A DNA stretch of 50,921 nt, counting the filler, from Jimgerdemannia flammicorona (lineage: Eukaryota): NCBI GenBank assembly GCA_003990765.1. It is 2 parts of 2 records of this genome, joined end to end, with 100 filler letters (N's around TTAATTAATTAA, not from the genome) between each part and the next. Parts side by side here need not be neighbours in the genome. Positions count along the whole stretch, not along the records: positions 1 to 25,412 come from RBNJ01000836.1; positions 25,513 to 50,921 come from RBNJ01000837.1. One strand, given 5' to 3'. This document shows, in pieces, positions 13,555 to 25,839 of the stretch. The notes beneath the pieces were generated by a model. It had not been told where the DNA came from. It did no database searches and saw only the letters and a list, made by a program, of their open reading frames with translations. Numbering within the stretch: the stretch's first letter is position 1; each line of letters opens with the position of its first letter. The translations under genes and the position numbers were made by a program.

Positions 13555-16500
13555 CAATGAGTTCCTTTTTGCTCAAACTCTTGGATGAGATCTTGGGAGT
13601 TCTTGAGGTTGGCAGCAGGTTCCCAGATAGTATCATATTCAGTGTAACCCATCCACTTGACTAGGTATTCTGTGTGATGGTATTGGACTCATTTGTCTAA
13701 GATTTTCTCATCTTCATACTCAATGTAGTCTTCAACTATGACTGGTGCTGATGGTGTCAGAATTCGGCCAGGGTATGGGGGTGACTGGTTCCAGGCCTTG
13801 AGTTGTGACATGTGGAATACTGGGTGTATATGCATGGTTGTTGGCAAATTGAGACAGTAAGACCAGATAGAGACTTGCTCAGTAATCTCGAAGAGTCCAA
13901 GGTACTTGGGCTGGAATTTGGCTGACTGGCAGTTGACTTGAGATTGAGCCTTGATGTTGTCAGCTTTAAGGAGAACCATATTACCAATATTGTATATGAC
14001 ATCTCACTGCTTCTTATCTGCATACTTAGCTTGATGTTGCTGAGCCTTTTGTAAGTTCATAGTGGCAATCTTGAGAAGGGAATCTATTTTGTCGATTAGG
14101 TTTTGAGCTGTGGGGACTTGAATGTGACTGGATTGCTGGAATTGGACTAGACTTGCAGGGGTCTTAGGGTTTTGACCATTAAGTAGCTGAAATGGAGAAA
14201 GGCCAGTTGATGATTGGTTGACATTATTGTAGGCAAACTTGGCATAGATCTGATAGTGGTCCCAATCATCTTGCTCATAAGATACATAGTTTCTGAGCAT
14301 TTGTTCAAGTGTTCTGTTCATTCACTCTGTCTGTCTATCAGTTTGAGGATGAAAGGCAGTGGACATAGCAATTTGGGTTCCAAGAGTCTTGAAGAGTACT
14401 TGCCAGAAGTGACTTGTGAACTTGGGGTTGCAGTCACTGATAATTACTCAGGGAAGTCCATAATGGTAGAAGACAGTCTTGAAGAAGATTCTTGTAATTT
14501 CTGGAGCAGTGGCATTGGTTGTGGTTGGCTCAGCAATTGTAATCTTAGTGAGATGGTCCACAAATACAACAATAGCATCATAGCCTGTTTTGGTTCGTGA
14601 GAGTTGCACAATGAAGTCCATTGTGACTTGTTCGAACTTCTTGCTCGGAATTGACAAGAGTTGTAGAAGACTGGCAGGTGCTTGGTTGCTTGACTTGTTT
14701 CTTTGGCAAAGATCACAGCTTTGGACATACTCCTTGATTTCCTTGAGCATGTTTGGCCAGTAGTAGTCTCATTGGATATTCTTGATGGTCTTCTCAGTTC
14801 TAAGGTGGCCAGCTAGTATGGAGTCATGATGTTCATGAAGAATCTTGTACCATAGTTCAGGGTTGGCAGGAATATATACTTTGTCTTGATTGTACACAAG
14901 GTTGTCCTTGATGGTGTACTTTTTCTTGAATTCCTTGGTGTTCCTTTGTAGAACCAGAGAGTCTTGTTCATATACCTTCTTGATCTGGTTGAGGAATTCA
15001 GATACCACAGTGACTTATAAAATTGCGGCAAGGTCAGGTCTTCTTGAAAGTGTATCTGGTACAACTAGAGTTTTGCCAGACTTGTAGATGATGTTTGGGG
15101 TAAAGGTCTGGAGTAGTTGACTCCACTTGGCTTGTTGGCAAGAAAGTGTTGGTTGAGTGTTGATGTACTAAAGAGATCTGTGATCAGTGATCACATCAAA
15201 CTCATCTCCTTCTAGATAGTATTGCCAGGTCTTGAGGGCATGCATGATTGCCAGGAGTAGTAGCCAGCTTTTGTTCTCCTGGGGACAATTTTCTTGACTC
15301 AAAGAAAATAGGTCAGTGTTCTTGACCATCATCTTGAGAAATAACTACACCAATGGCAAAGTTAGATGCATCTGTAGTGACCATGAACTTCAAGTTTGGG
15401 TCCATGTTTCTAAGGACAGGTGCATGGGTCAGACAGTTCTTGAGTTCTTGAAAAGCTTATTGACAGAAGACATCCCAGATATAGGGGACATAGAGGTCAG
15501 AGTTTGGTTCTTTTCGCATGAGGTTTGTCAAAGATTCTGCAATGCCAAAGAAGTTCTTGACAAATCAATGGTAGTATCTAGCCAGACCAAGGAAGAACCT
15601 GAGTTCAGTGAGGTTTGCTGGTACAGGCCACTGTTCAATAGCTTGTATTTTCCTTGGGTCTACTTGAATTCCTTTGGCTGATACAATGTGTCTAAGGTAT
15701 TCAACTTGATCCTTAAAAAATTCACATTTCTTGAGCTTTGTGTAGAGCTTGTTCTCACAGAGGATCTTGAGGACTTGTTCAATGTGCTTAAGGTGTTCTT
15801 CTTCAGTGCTACTGAAGATCAAGATATCATCAATGTATACAAGTATGAAGATATATAGCTGATCTTTGAAGACAGTTTGCATAATATCTTGAAAGATTGC
15901 TGGTGCATTGGTGAGACCAAAAGCCATGACTAGAAATTTGAAGATTCCAAAGGGTGTCATGAAGGTAGTCTTGGGTATATCTTCTGACTTGATTCGAATT
16001 TGGTGATATCCAGAGGTGAGATCAATCTTGGTGAAGTACTTTGCATTTTTGAGAGCATCAAAGATTTGATCTATGAGTGGTAGCAGATAATGGTTCTTAA
16101 CTGTAATCTTGTTGAGTGCTCAGTAGTCTATGCATATTCACAGAGTATCATCCTTTTTCTTGACAAATAAGACTGGGGAGCTGAAGGGTGACTTGCTTGG
16201 TTGAATGGCTCCTCGCTCAATGAGTTCATTGAGTTCCTTCTTGACTGCTTCAATTTCAAGTGGAGACATGCAGTACATTTTCTTCTTAGGTATAGCTGCA
16301 TCAGGTACCAACTTGATCTCATGGTCATGGTCTCTTGAAGGTGGTAGATCTGGTAGTTTGTCTGGGAAGACATCCTTGTACTTGTTCAGCAATAACTTGA
16401 TGCTTTCACTAATCAATAGCTTCTTGTCTTCTTTCTTTGGTCGGATCAGTGCCACAAAGGCACAGGTAGCTTTCTTGAGGGCCTTCTTGAACTGAATTGC

Positions 16501-18335
16501 TGAAAGGGTCGCAATTGGGGTTCTTGTCTGAGTGTTGTCTGGCTTGATGGTAATGTTGGCTCCATCCTGAATCAAGGTGACTTCATTCTTGGTCCAATTG
16601 ATCTGTGGGTTGTACTGTGTAAGCCAGGGTTTGCCTAGGATCAGGTCATGATCTCCTAGTTGTGCTACATTGAAATCTAAATGTTCCCAGTACTTCTGGA
16701 TCTTGAGGGGAAGTTTAGTAGCAATTGAGTCAATTGGTAAGGTGGTGCTATCTGCAGTGACAACTCCACTATTCTTGCCAGCTGGTTTGGTGAGAATCTT
16801 GAGCTTATCAATGAGGTTCTTGTTGATGAAGTTCCCAACAGCTCCACTGTCTATAAGAACATCCAGTTCTTGTCCCTTGACTAGACCTTTGAAAATGAGC
16901 ATTGAATTGGCTCGGTTCTCAGCTATGCTTGCAACTTTGTCAGTACTGCCAAAGCCTTTCTGATCTCACTTAGTTGGAGACAGCTTGGTGACTTCTTTGA
17001 TGACTGGTAGGGTGGCTCACTTCAGAATGAGCTGTGCAATTCTGTCACCTTTATTAAATGATATATGGTTGGTTCTTGTGGTTGACTAGCAGGACTTGTA
17101 TTTCATCTCAAAAGTCAGGGTCAATGACTCCAGCACTAACATCCAATGAGTGCTTGAAACTGAGGCCAGATCTTGATGCAATTCTTGCATAATGTTCCTT
17201 TGGGATTTCAACTGAAAGACCAGTTGGAATGAGCCTTCTCTCATATGCCAGAATAGTGACTTATTATACTGCTTGAAGGTCTAAACCAATGGCTCCTTCT
17301 GACTGTGCTTGAGGGATCTGGGCCTTAGGGTTGACTTGTATGAAATTGAGTACAACTTCTTGTTCAACTGGTTGACCTTGAGTGTCTTTGGACAGGACCA
17401 GGATCCTCTTTGGTTTGGCAGTTTTCTTGGGACATTTGGTTGCAATGTGACCAGGCTGATGGCAAAAGAAGCAGGCTCCAGCCTTCTTGAGGTGTTCCTT
17501 TTCCTCAGGTGTAAGCTTGCCTTTCTTGCTCTTATTGATGATGTCTAGGTCCATGGGGGCAGGTCCAACAGTTCTGACTTTGGGTTCCTCTCTTCTATAG
17601 TTGTTGTTGTTGTTGAAAGGTAGTCTCTTCTGTTCGAAGCAGTGACCATAGGTGATGACATCAAACCTATTAGTAATTTTCATTGCTGTATCTAGGTCCT
17701 TGGGTTCTTCTAGTTCAACATGAACTAGGGTTTGACCTTTCAGGTCTCAGATGTACTTGTCAACCTTCTCATCTTTGGTGACATGTGGTAATTCTAGCAG
17801 GATTGACAGGAATTATACATTGTATGCTTATATAGACTTGAGTTGTTTGACATTTGTCAGATGGTCTAATGTGGCCTTAGTGCTATTGACTGGTTTGAAT
17901 TGGCCTTGAATAGCATCAGAGAATTTGCCCCAGGTCTTGATTCAGTCAGAGAATCTGGTATTCTAGACAGGATTTCACCACCAGATTACAATATTCCCTT
18001 AGTGGAGTGTGGCAGCAAATTGGACTAGTGTTGCTTCTTCCAAATTGGTCAGTTCTCCATATTGCTCCAATTGGAAAAGCCAGGCATTGGTAGATAGTCC
18101 TTCTCTTTGACCATCAAAGGTGTCGGGCTTCTGAGGCTTGATAGTGACTGTTGTTGGATGTATTGATGTCAGTGGAGGTGTAGAGGTATAAGCAGAGGCC
18201 TTGCTTTCCTTTCTTTCTATGCATTCTTAAAGTTGAGCAAACTGAGCTAGTGCAGTCTGCAAAAGACTCTTGATGGCTCCATTTGACTGAGTAGGGTTTT
18301 GCTGTTTCTCTTCTTCTTGCTGATGGTAAGAGGTA
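13555..18335 (-). pseudogene. Gag-Pol polyprotein with stops and frameshifts; start approximate
   Basis: CFFCHQPGHIATKC knuckle; dUTPase AIGLDL/ASRSGL/AGVIDPD/RIAQLI/KGFGST at ~16940-17345; LIDSGA protease; LVYIDDILI RT; integrase HHCC, VTMDFI and NRTLEQMLR; chromodomain EYEDEKILDK...EYLVKWMGY...WEPAANL. Confidence 0.93.
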
Positions 18336-18440
18336 TTGTCTGGACCATAGATACTGTATGAAAGATTTCATCCATTGTCCTCCATAGTATTGTGACTGAT
18401 ATATTGAGAGGTATCTTGATAAGGCTAAGTGCAACTTAAC

Positions 18441-18451
18441 TACTGCTACCA
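18441..18451 (-). promoter_or_regulatory. Primer binding site, probably initiator tRNA-Met
   Basis: TGGTAGC two bases inside the 5' LTR is complementary to the GCUACCA 3' end of eukaryotic initiator tRNA-Met. Confidence 0.7.
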
Positions 18452-18453
18452 AG

Positions 18454-18857
18454 TATAATGGTTCTAGTTTCTAAATGAAGAAGCAACTAGTTCTAGTAGT
18501 TCTAAGTAGCTCAAAGAGATACTTAAGGGTTCAAGTGTTCTCGAAGGATTTCTGGGAGAAAATATTCTGAGACTTTATTCATGAGAACAAAGGGGATATT
18601 TATACAAGATCTGAATGAAGGATCTGGAACGATCTAAGAAATCAAAAGAAAATGCCATGAGGAAAGTTCTTGGCAAAGGTGACAAATGATGACAAATAAA
18701 GTTCTACAAGTTTCCAGGACAATCAGTGATTAGCTAAATAAGTACTAGAGGATGCTCAGCACCAAGAAAGGATTTCTAAGCATTCGGAAAGTACTGGAAG
18801 GTCATAGAATATTGAAGAAAGACAAAGAAAAGAAATAAACTACACTAAAATGGTACA
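18454..18857 (-). repeat. 5' LTR of the chromovirus (404 bp)
   Basis: Direct repeat of 12836-13240 with the terminal TG mutated to TA. Adjacent to the PBS. Confidence 0.95.
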
Positions 18858-19159
18858 AGAGAAGACAACAGAACTCAGATTTAAAAAATCCAGACAAAAA
18901 AATCAAAAAGAAAGACTCTTAAGATCTCTAATCTAAGAGAAGACATCCTAACTCTTATTAGATTATAACTTATCAAGAATGGATAAAGGATGCTACCAAC
19001 TTTATAGAAACCCTAGTTTCCATAGAAAAAAGAGAAATCAATTATCTTTAAGATCTCCCTACTGGAGCTAGATGATCACACCTTAACTTTAGAGTTTAGA
19101 AGCTTATTTTCAATAGGGTCTCAGCCCAAGGACAACCCAAACTCAGTAAGGATGTTGCC

Positions 19160-19565
19160 CAGTATGTCTTACTATATCCCAAGGCCAAACTCTTGACCAA
19201 AGCTCACCAGGAAGATATAGAGTATGATATCTAGAGTCTGGAGGATGAATCTATTAAGCCTGGAAGAATAGTGGTGTTTAGAATAGGACTAGCCATATAG
19301 CTGCCTAAAGGAACTTATATCTAGCTGACCTCAAAGTCTGGACTTGTCAGACAAGAAATAACTATAAAAGGAGGAACTATAGACCCAGAATATACAGGTA
19401 AAATCAAGGTCATCTTAAACAATAGTAGTATAGAATAGGACTGAATCTTTAAAGGGCAAAAGATTATATATGCAATCTATATAGAAGTAAAGACTCCTCA
19501 ATTATAAGAAGTCCCCAAACTGACTGAAGGAACAAGACAAACTGGAGAATTTAGAAGCTTGGATA
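19160..19565 (+). pseudogene. dUTPase domain between protease and RT of the old Ty3/Gypsy element
   Basis: Translates to LTSKSGL...KGGTIDPEYTGKIKVILNN...KGQKI...TRQTGEFRS, decayed versions of dUTPase motifs 2-5. Confidence 0.8.
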
Positions 19566-20519
19566 AGAAGGTAGTATATCTCCTCTAGGTCAACTGCTTC
19601 AAGAAGAATGCCCTCCAGCAAATATATTACCAACTAGTCAAACTATATAAGAATCTCATCCTAGGATGAGGAGAGCAACCCATCTTCGAAATCTTTACAT
19701 TATCTGACCCAAGAAATCCCTTCTTTAAACCCAATGAAGACTTCAAGAATCTGTTTATTAAGAGATATACATTCTCTGATAAAATGAATCCTGTGTACTC
19801 TTGGAGTAATCAACTAAAGCTGGGAAAGTATCATCTTACTGAAAGAAATCATTATAGATCACTTGGTGCCTTATCTCAACCAAATCTATAGAGAAGTTTA
19901 TGAACTAAATCTATTGAGAAATAGCAAAAGATCTCTGAAGAAAGGAAAGGCCCATTTGTCATTCAGGAGAAAGTGAAGGCTTCTACAAATATTACAAAAG
20001 AATTGATATCTCAGCAATAGTAATAACTAGTATAACCCTTTATAAATATCAAGATATCTTTATTAATAACTAAAATTTTTTTTTACCAATATAGGGCTAT
20101 CTACTCAGAAAGATAGTATCATCCTTATATAGAGGTCACACCAATCTCTCTATATTGTTCCAATTTTTTTATATCAGTATTCTCAAAGGACTTGACTCTT
20201 CATTACTGACTATATCAACCTACTATATAATCTATTATATCACTACAGTATAATTATAGAAAATGCAATACTCATTTGGTAGAAACCTTATAGAATACCC
20301 AATTATCTAAAGATATTTGAAAAGAAATACTTTAAGAACTCTTTGACAATAGAGTCATCTGACCCTCTACTAGTCCCTAAGTCAGTCCTATGCTTATTAT
20401 ACCCAAGAAAGGAGGATAGAGACTCTACATAGACTATAGAAAGCTCAATTCAGTCACAGAAAAAGATATCTATCTCTTGCTCAGAATTGATAATCTCTTA
20501 GATACCTAAGTTGGTTCTG

Positions 20520-21900
20520 GGGTCTGATCTTCTTAATCTATAGGTCCTTTGTAAATTCTGAGGTCTACTATTCCTTATTGACTAACATCAGATTGATATT
20601 CTGCTGGGTCTTTATCTGACTTCCTTTTCTGATGAAATAGTGTGTCCTCATACTGACTAGGTCCTTCAAAAAGGATATCTGACTCTGGCTAAGTAAATGG
20701 ATCTACTCCTTGATCAGAGATTAGAGTCAGGTGATCAGTCTATTCATTCTTATATTTTGATATAGTGTTGACATAGTATATAATTAATCAATAGTAGAGA
20801 GAGGTTTAGATAAGAGTGTGGTAGTATCTGTCAGATGTAATCCACTCAGCAGCTACTGCTCTTACTATAGAGGAGACTGATGAGAGATGGTCTAGAATTT
20901 CCTAGATAGTAGTAGTAGTAGATTTTTGAGTCTTAGTAATCCCAACATAACTATAGATAAGGATATAGAACCTGTGGTGACTGCTTGTATTCTTATAGAC
21001 TGGGTGGTAGTTTTTAAAGGCCTTGTATAGATCTCTGTATATCTCATTGATCAGTAGCTGGTATAGTCTTAGATCTGTATTTTCTGGGTACCATCTAGTC
21101 CAAGTGGCTATTGCTAGATAGGCTCTGGTTTGTGGGTTTGTTTCTTGAGAATCTACAGTTAGTTCTGAAGTTACTCTTATCCAAGGTCATTCTTGTTTCA
21201 ACTTCTCAAGAGTGTGTTCTTGACATTAACTTGGCTCAGTAATTCTACTACTACTAAGTTGTAATAACTCTTTTTTAACCTATCTCTTATCCTTGGATAA
21301 TTAGGATATTGTGAGAAAATTACCTAGAGACTTAGTATATAAGTATATCAAGAAGCCTTCAGTATGAGGAAGTACTTACTTAAAAGTAGCTATAGTGGCA
21401 ATACTCTTCTTTATAACCACAGTTATAAGAGACTTATTCTTTACTATATACAGACTGAATTCACCTTAAAATTTAAATTCAATAAAGAGTTTTCCTTAAG
21501 TCTTTGTAATTTATACATATACTAGTCTCAGTTCTGACAGAAGTTAGATGGGCTTCTAGAGTTTAGTTAGAAATACTGGAGTCACTTAAGTATTATTACT
21601 AAAACTTAGAAGAATATGTATATGTAGAGGGAGAACTTGATTCTTATATTAAGGACTAAACTAAAACTGCTTTATTTCAGATAAAATATTTGAGGTATTT
21701 ATTCAAGTTGGTTCACAATTTCTGACTAAGTATGAGTGATTAATTTGGTAACTATAGATGAGTTTTGTAATTATAACCTTTGTAATTAGGACCTTTGTAA
21801 TCAGAACCTTTATATTATAGATTTTTAGATAATGATTCAGTTTTGTGATAATTACTACAATACTGGTTTTTGGAGATAAGCTAGATGTTATTTATCTACA
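20520..21900 (-). mobile_element. Degenerate LTR-retrotransposon fragment (LTR, PBS, 5' internal region); boundaries approximate
   Basis: On the - strand TTATTACA is followed by a decayed PBS-like TAGTAGTAGTAGAATT near 21240-21268. Short tandem repeats at 21760-21820. It replaces the rest of the RT of the flanking element. Confidence 0.4.
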
Positions 21901-22029
21901 TTATTTCATCATATATACTTAATTGTGATATTATCACTAGTCATATAATTACTTGTCATATCTTATTCATTATTCTATTATAAAAGAGAATATGAATTCT
22001 ATAAGCTGCGGTATCCTGCATCATCTGGG

Positions 22030-24374
22030 CTATAGAAAGATTCTACTACTATCTCGATGAAACATACTTCAATATCTTAACCACTAGTCAATTAAAAGAA
22101 ATATTTTCCAGATGAATTACAAAACTGCAAACCTATAATGTAATTATCATATACTATCCAGGAAGAAGTTATGCTAATAGAGCTACACTCTCACAGATAT
22201 CCTAAAGAACTCACAATCAGCAAAACCAAAATGAATAAAGAACTCTACCATAAAATTATTACCTATCTGAGACAGTAAAAGATGTTCCAATATCTGAAAG
22301 AATAGATATAAACAATTATTACAAATAGCTGGAAATAATACAAAACTGATAGAGAAATGCCAAAAAAAAGAAAATCTACTAGTTATCCCAAAGTATAAGA
22401 AGGATTAAGCAATAAAATCAGTATATAAACTTAGTTACTTAGAAAGAATTAATATCTATGATAAAGTGAGAAGAATATTATAGTGGTTGAAAATAGAGGA
22501 AGATATCAGACAATTTGTTAAGACTTATAACAAATATCGGAAACAGGAGTAAGATTAGCAAAACTAGACACCAGAATTAGCAGATATAGAATTAGTATCA
22601 TTTGCTTATATATAATTGGCCCACTACTCTTGATATTAACTGATAATCAATATATAATTATCATCATAGACCTCATTCAAAATGGATAGAAGTAAGACCC
22701 CTCAAAGAAGCCAATATATAGTTAATTGCTAATTTCTTTTATAGAGAATTGTATTCTGATTTAAGACTCCAAAACAAGTAATAACAGATAAAGGAATAGA
22801 ATTTGTGAACCAGCTCTTTGAGATTATATATAAGAAGCATAAAATCAGTATATTTGAACCATAGCTTATCATATATAGCTAAATAGATAGACTGAAAGAA
22901 CCAACAAAATACTCAAGAATATTATTACTAAGATCTGTGATAACTATAAATATTGAGACCACTATCTGCTAATAGTATTATCTGCTCTCTGAGATATATA
23001 ATCACAAAGTACCTATTTCACTTCTTAAGAATTACTATTCAGAAAAGAAAGAGCTAAAGAAATCCTATTATCCAATAGAAATACATTATAGTAATATATA
23101 GATGCTGAGATATGGAGATTATATCAAATAAGAAAGAAAGCTAAAAATTACATAATTGAGATACAGACATTGTAACAGAATAATACAGAGAAGATCTATA
23201 AGCCCCTGGAGATTATCAAGATAGAAGATAAAGTTCTAGTATATCAGAATATAGTAGAAGCTTTATAGTTACAAAAACTGAAGCCTAAGTGAGAAGAATC
23301 TTATATTGTATAAAATATAAAAGAAACTACCTTTTGGCTACAAAAATTATCAAATATAATCATCTCCATGACAATCTAGTAAAACTAACTCAAGAAGTAT
23401 AATAGCTAATTAATAAAGTACTGCTCTGGCCCTCAAGATCACAAGTGCTGCCCTGTAAGCTATAAAAAGACAATGATATTCCACCAAGCTACCAGCTATA
23501 GAGAAAATCTTTAACAATATTTATAGTATTATACAGACTCACCTATTACAAATTTCATACTTTAGAGCTTGCTAAGTTTCAAGAGTACTTCAAGTTAAGA
23601 AAATTGTTAAATAAGAAGGACATAACTAAAGAAGAATAGATTGTGAAGTATCAGATATCATATACCCAGATCACTATAGCCAAGTGGGTCTATAATCTAT
23701 TTAAGAATAATAAGTAAGCCCTAGTCTATTTCTGAGAAGTAGTTTCAGAAGATTTCTGGTAGATAAAAAGACATTATTGGGAGAATATATTTAAGCAGAT
23801 TATATAGTATAAGAATATATTATTAATCAAAGTATAGGAGTTTAAATAAGATGATTTAGGAGTAAAATTACTTATTCCAAAGAAAGTTATAATATTTGAT
23901 CTAAATTAGAAATAACAATTAGAGAATAAATATTTGATCATAATAACTGAATCTGATATCTAATATAGTATTATAATATAGTTTAGCAGTCACTCAATCT
24001 CTCAGTTATATAATTTTTATAATTATATAAAAGCATAGCTATATAAATCTCTCAGATATAATGATCTCTCATCTGTATAGATTTTATAGATATACTGATC
24101 TCTCAACTGTACAAAATGACTCACAGAAAAAGAAGTCTTATCTTAGCTATTATATAGCTAGCAAACTTATATAAATATCCCTAGTATCTAGAGTAAATAA
24201 ATCTCAGATTGAAATAGTTTAAGCAAAGATATAAGGCACTAGTAAGCCTGTAGACAGATATACTTTGAACTCACTGACCCTTGTATCTGAGAACTCTGAG
24301 GAGTCAAAGAAGATCAAGTATTTAAGATAAAGAAATCTGTCACACTTCTGCTAGTATATATCTGCTATATTACA
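22030..24374 (+). mobile_element. Degenerate Ty3/Gypsy 3' half (RNase H end, integrase, extra ORF, PPT, LTR 23888-24374)
   Basis: Integrase motifs QVITDKGIEFVN (~22775-22810) and AYHI.LNR.TERTNKILKN (~22865-22920). GPY/F-like KLKPK.EESYIV near 23275. LTR ends ...GCTATATTACA and matches 34038-34488 and 47140-47540. Confidence 0.8.
23410..23880 (+). pseudogene. Accessory ORF after integrase, same family as the LTR-encoded protein
   Basis: Translates in part to FQEYFKLRKLL...KYQISYTQITIAKWVYNLFKNNK.ALVYF.EVVSEDFW.IKRHYWENI. Second copy at 33550-34030. Confidence 0.6.
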
Positions 24375-24899
24375 ATATTAATAAATTATATCTTATAATT
24401 TAATAAGATTAGAGCTTATATGTAATATATATTTATTAATATTATTTAAGAGTAACAGAATAGTAGTTTAATTGATAATATTTTACCTAAGCTACATAAT
24501 GATATATAAAGTATATTGAGTTGGAAATTCTACCATAATAGTCCAGAAGAATAGCAAGAAAATCAAGAAAGTTGTTGAGAAGTTAAGAGGACAAAGATAA
24601 TCTCTAAAGAGACCACATTCTGTAAAAATACCTAGAGATGGGACATCATTCACCAGAGTCTGCATTAAAAGGCCACTGAAGAGAGAGTGCACTAAGACAT
24701 CACACCATGGGGGACTGCCATAGTCACGAAGAAAATGTAATAGAGACTCTACATATTACTTAGCAACATTTGGAGATATGAACTGGTGGGAAGGATTCTC
24801 AGAGATAATATGATCCAGAGGGAGTTATTTTGAAACTAAAATAAACTATTATAATTAATTTCAATAATATATTTTTATTATATTATGTAATTCTTCTCC

Positions 24900-25170
24900 A
24901 GCCGAGGAGTGCATTTATACAAGTTGGAACCTGTGCGATTGATTGCTGATCGGAATCCGGTTGAACATGAAGAGTATTCGTAAGAAGTTCAGAGAAGTTG
25001 GAGAGGGGGCACGGATTTAGGATGAGGGACATAAGGAACACCGAATTCGGACGGCGGATATGTTGAAGGAAATTCGCTAGGGAGGTTAAAAGCGGGCGAC
25101 TTGAAGAAATATCTTAAGCTGGGACGGGACACATTAAGTTGGGACAGAAATCGTGATGGGGACGCTGGAT
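24900..25170 (+). pseudogene. Possible protein-kinase gene fragment
   Basis: CpG-rich stretch encoding KAGDLKKYLKLGRDTLSWD (~25089-25146), similar to the GDL..YL.....LSW segment of TKL-type kinases. EVGEGA upstream. No long ORF. Confidence 0.3.
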
Positions 25171-25412
25171 AGGAATACGTTGAACTGGAACTCAAAATAG
25201 GACGTGAAAAAAATAGGTAAAACAGGACCCAGGATTAAATGAACATAGTGAGAGAAAAAGCGGCTGGTGACCATGCAAAGATACTATGAGGGGGCTCGCT
25301 CGAGACCACAGGTCAATGAATGCAGGAAGGTCTTGGGCGTATAGCGCCCAAAATGTTTCAACGCCGTTGTTTGTCTAAGGCGTGTCTAAATCAGGCGTAG
25401 TCTTTCCTTTTT

Positions 25413-25512
25413 NNNNNNNNNNNNNNNNNNNNNNNNNNNNNNNNNNNNNNNNNNNNTTAATTAATTAANNNNNNNNNNNNNNNNNNNNNNNNNNNNNNNN
25501 NNNNNNNNNNNN
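25413..25512. other. Artificial contig-joining linker
   Basis: 44 N + TTAATTAATTAA (stops in all six frames) + 44 N = exactly 100 bp. Confidence 0.97.
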
Positions 25513-25835
25513 TGCCGTCTTACCCGTATTGCCCATCTTGCCCATTTTGCCAGTCTTGCCCATGTCATTTTGCCCGTTTTGCCCGTCTTGCCCATGTCGC
25601 CCATCTTGTCCATGTCGCCCATCTTGCCCATGTCGCCCGTCTTGCTGTCTTACCCGTGTTGCCCATCTTGCCCGTTTTGCCCATTTTGCCCGTCTTGCCC
25701 GTCTTGCCCATCTTGCCTGTCTTGCCCGTCTTGCCTGTGTCGTTTTGCCGGTTTTGCCCGTCTTGCCCATGTTGCCCGTCTTGCCGTCTTGCCCGTCTTG
25801 CCCGTCTTGCCCGTGTTGCCTGTGTTACCCGTGCC
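25513..25835. repeat. 9-bp tandem repeat, consensus TTGCCCGTC (variants TTGCCCATC, TTGCCCATG)
   Basis: Visible 9-bp periodicity over ~320 bp that runs into the gap. Confidence 0.93.
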
Positions 25836-25839
25836 ACAT

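Larger units (their letters stand above)
12836..18857 (-). mobile_element. Complete Ty3/Gypsy chromovirus with dUTPase, inactivated
   Basis: LTRs at 12836-13240 and 18454-18857. 5-bp TSD AGAGA (12831-12835, 18858-18862). PBS TGGTAGCAGTA and PPT AAGGAGGGGGAGA. Order gag-CCHC-dUTPase-PR-RT-RH-INT-chromodomain. Confidence 0.96.
8060..20515 (+). mobile_element. Old Ty3/Gypsy element (5' LTR, gag, protease, Zn modules, dUTPase, start of RT), related to 34858-46952; interrupted by 12836-18857 and truncated in RT; left boundary approximate
   Basis: LTR end at 9407 followed by decayed PBS TGGAAACTCAATTGGGA. Gag-like EEDPWEFLDRIKG near 10030. Protease-like IKGQKAKILINIEVAICII near 11520. dUTPase at 19160-19565. 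RT IPKKGG.RLYIDYRKLNSVTEKDIY near 20400-20470. Confidence 0.8.

Noticed and set aside
23410..23880. Third ORF interpreted as a retroviral env
   Set aside because: Too short, with no visible signal peptide, furin site or transmembrane segment.
25413..25512. Palindromic TTAATTAATTAA between N runs
   Set aside because: A symmetric 100-bp six-frame-stop linker added during assembly or concatenation. It is not biological, and linkage across it cannot be assumed.
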